Below, piece after piece: positions 44,545 to 44,768 of a stretch of 44,768 nt of DNA; the stretch's first letter is position 1, and each line of letters starts with the position of its first letter. The position numbers and the translations under genes were made by a program. A model generated the notes under the pieces. The model did no database searches. It saw only the letters and a list, made by a program, of their open reading frames with translations, and was not told where the DNA came from. The DNA comes from a virus (taxonomy: Duplodnaviria; Caudoviricetes): IMG/VR virus record IMGVR_UViG_3300037424_000181, positions 1-44,768 of that record; one strand, 5' to 3'.

Positions 44545-44747
44545 CAGTCGCTCGCGTCAGTCAGGTTCCAGTCGAGGTCATCCGTACCAACCTCGCGGTT
44601 GTCGCTCGCACTTCACAGGTAGCTGTTGAGGTGTTGCGCATCAACACAGGCACGGTCATTCGCGCCTCGCAACTCGCGGTCGAGGTGCTGCGCCCGAATG
44701 CTGATAGCGCGTCCACATCGCGCCCGGTCTGTTTCGTCTGCACCTGA
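44541..44747 (+). CDS. 68-aa protein with three ~20-aa RxSQxxVEVxR repeats
   Basis: ATGA-coupled; RVSQVPVEVIR / RTSQVAVEVLR / RASQLAVEVLR. Confidence 0.7.
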   Translation: MTVARVSQVPVEVIRTNLAVVARTSQVAVEVLRINTGTVIRASQLAVEVLRPNADSASTSRPVCFVCT

Positions 44748-44768
44748 TCAAATCAAGCCACTCAACCC

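Noticed and set aside
39080-44768. Diversity-generating retroelement or invertible tail-fibre cassette
   Set aside because: No reverse transcriptase, invertase or TR/VR repeat pair seen in the window

Overview
The whole window is most of the genome of a temperate lambdoid siphovirus or prophage; a betaproteobacterial host is my guess from gene content. No integrase, att site or lysis cassette is visible, so they probably lie outside the window. From left to right: (1) a leftward early operon (1-6507) with exonuclease, HNH-AP2, RecT-like, a 27-bp-repeat protein and microproteins; (2) a highly structured PL leader containing a tRNA-like element (6533-6815); (3) an immunity switch with PL/PR promoters, GCAA-N6-TTGC operators, cI, cro and a cII-like gene; (4) a replication/nin region (DNA MTase, initiator, HNH, SF4 helicase, RusA, NinB, Q-like); (5) a late promoter and tRNA-Trp; (6) HK97-type packaging and head genes, with a protease-capsid fusion placed before the portal and a collagen-like protein; (7) a lambda-type tail with a -1 frameshifted chaperone and a GTA-like tail tip. 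The most striking element is a translationally coupled six-gene cassette (27820-31619) inserted between the head-closure and neck genes: Maf/GT29-like, GT9-like and GT29 sialyltransferase-like transferases plus FkbM, TylF and class I methyltransferases. It is a candidate virion glycosylation/methylation system. All family calls come from motif recognition by eye; no searches were run.
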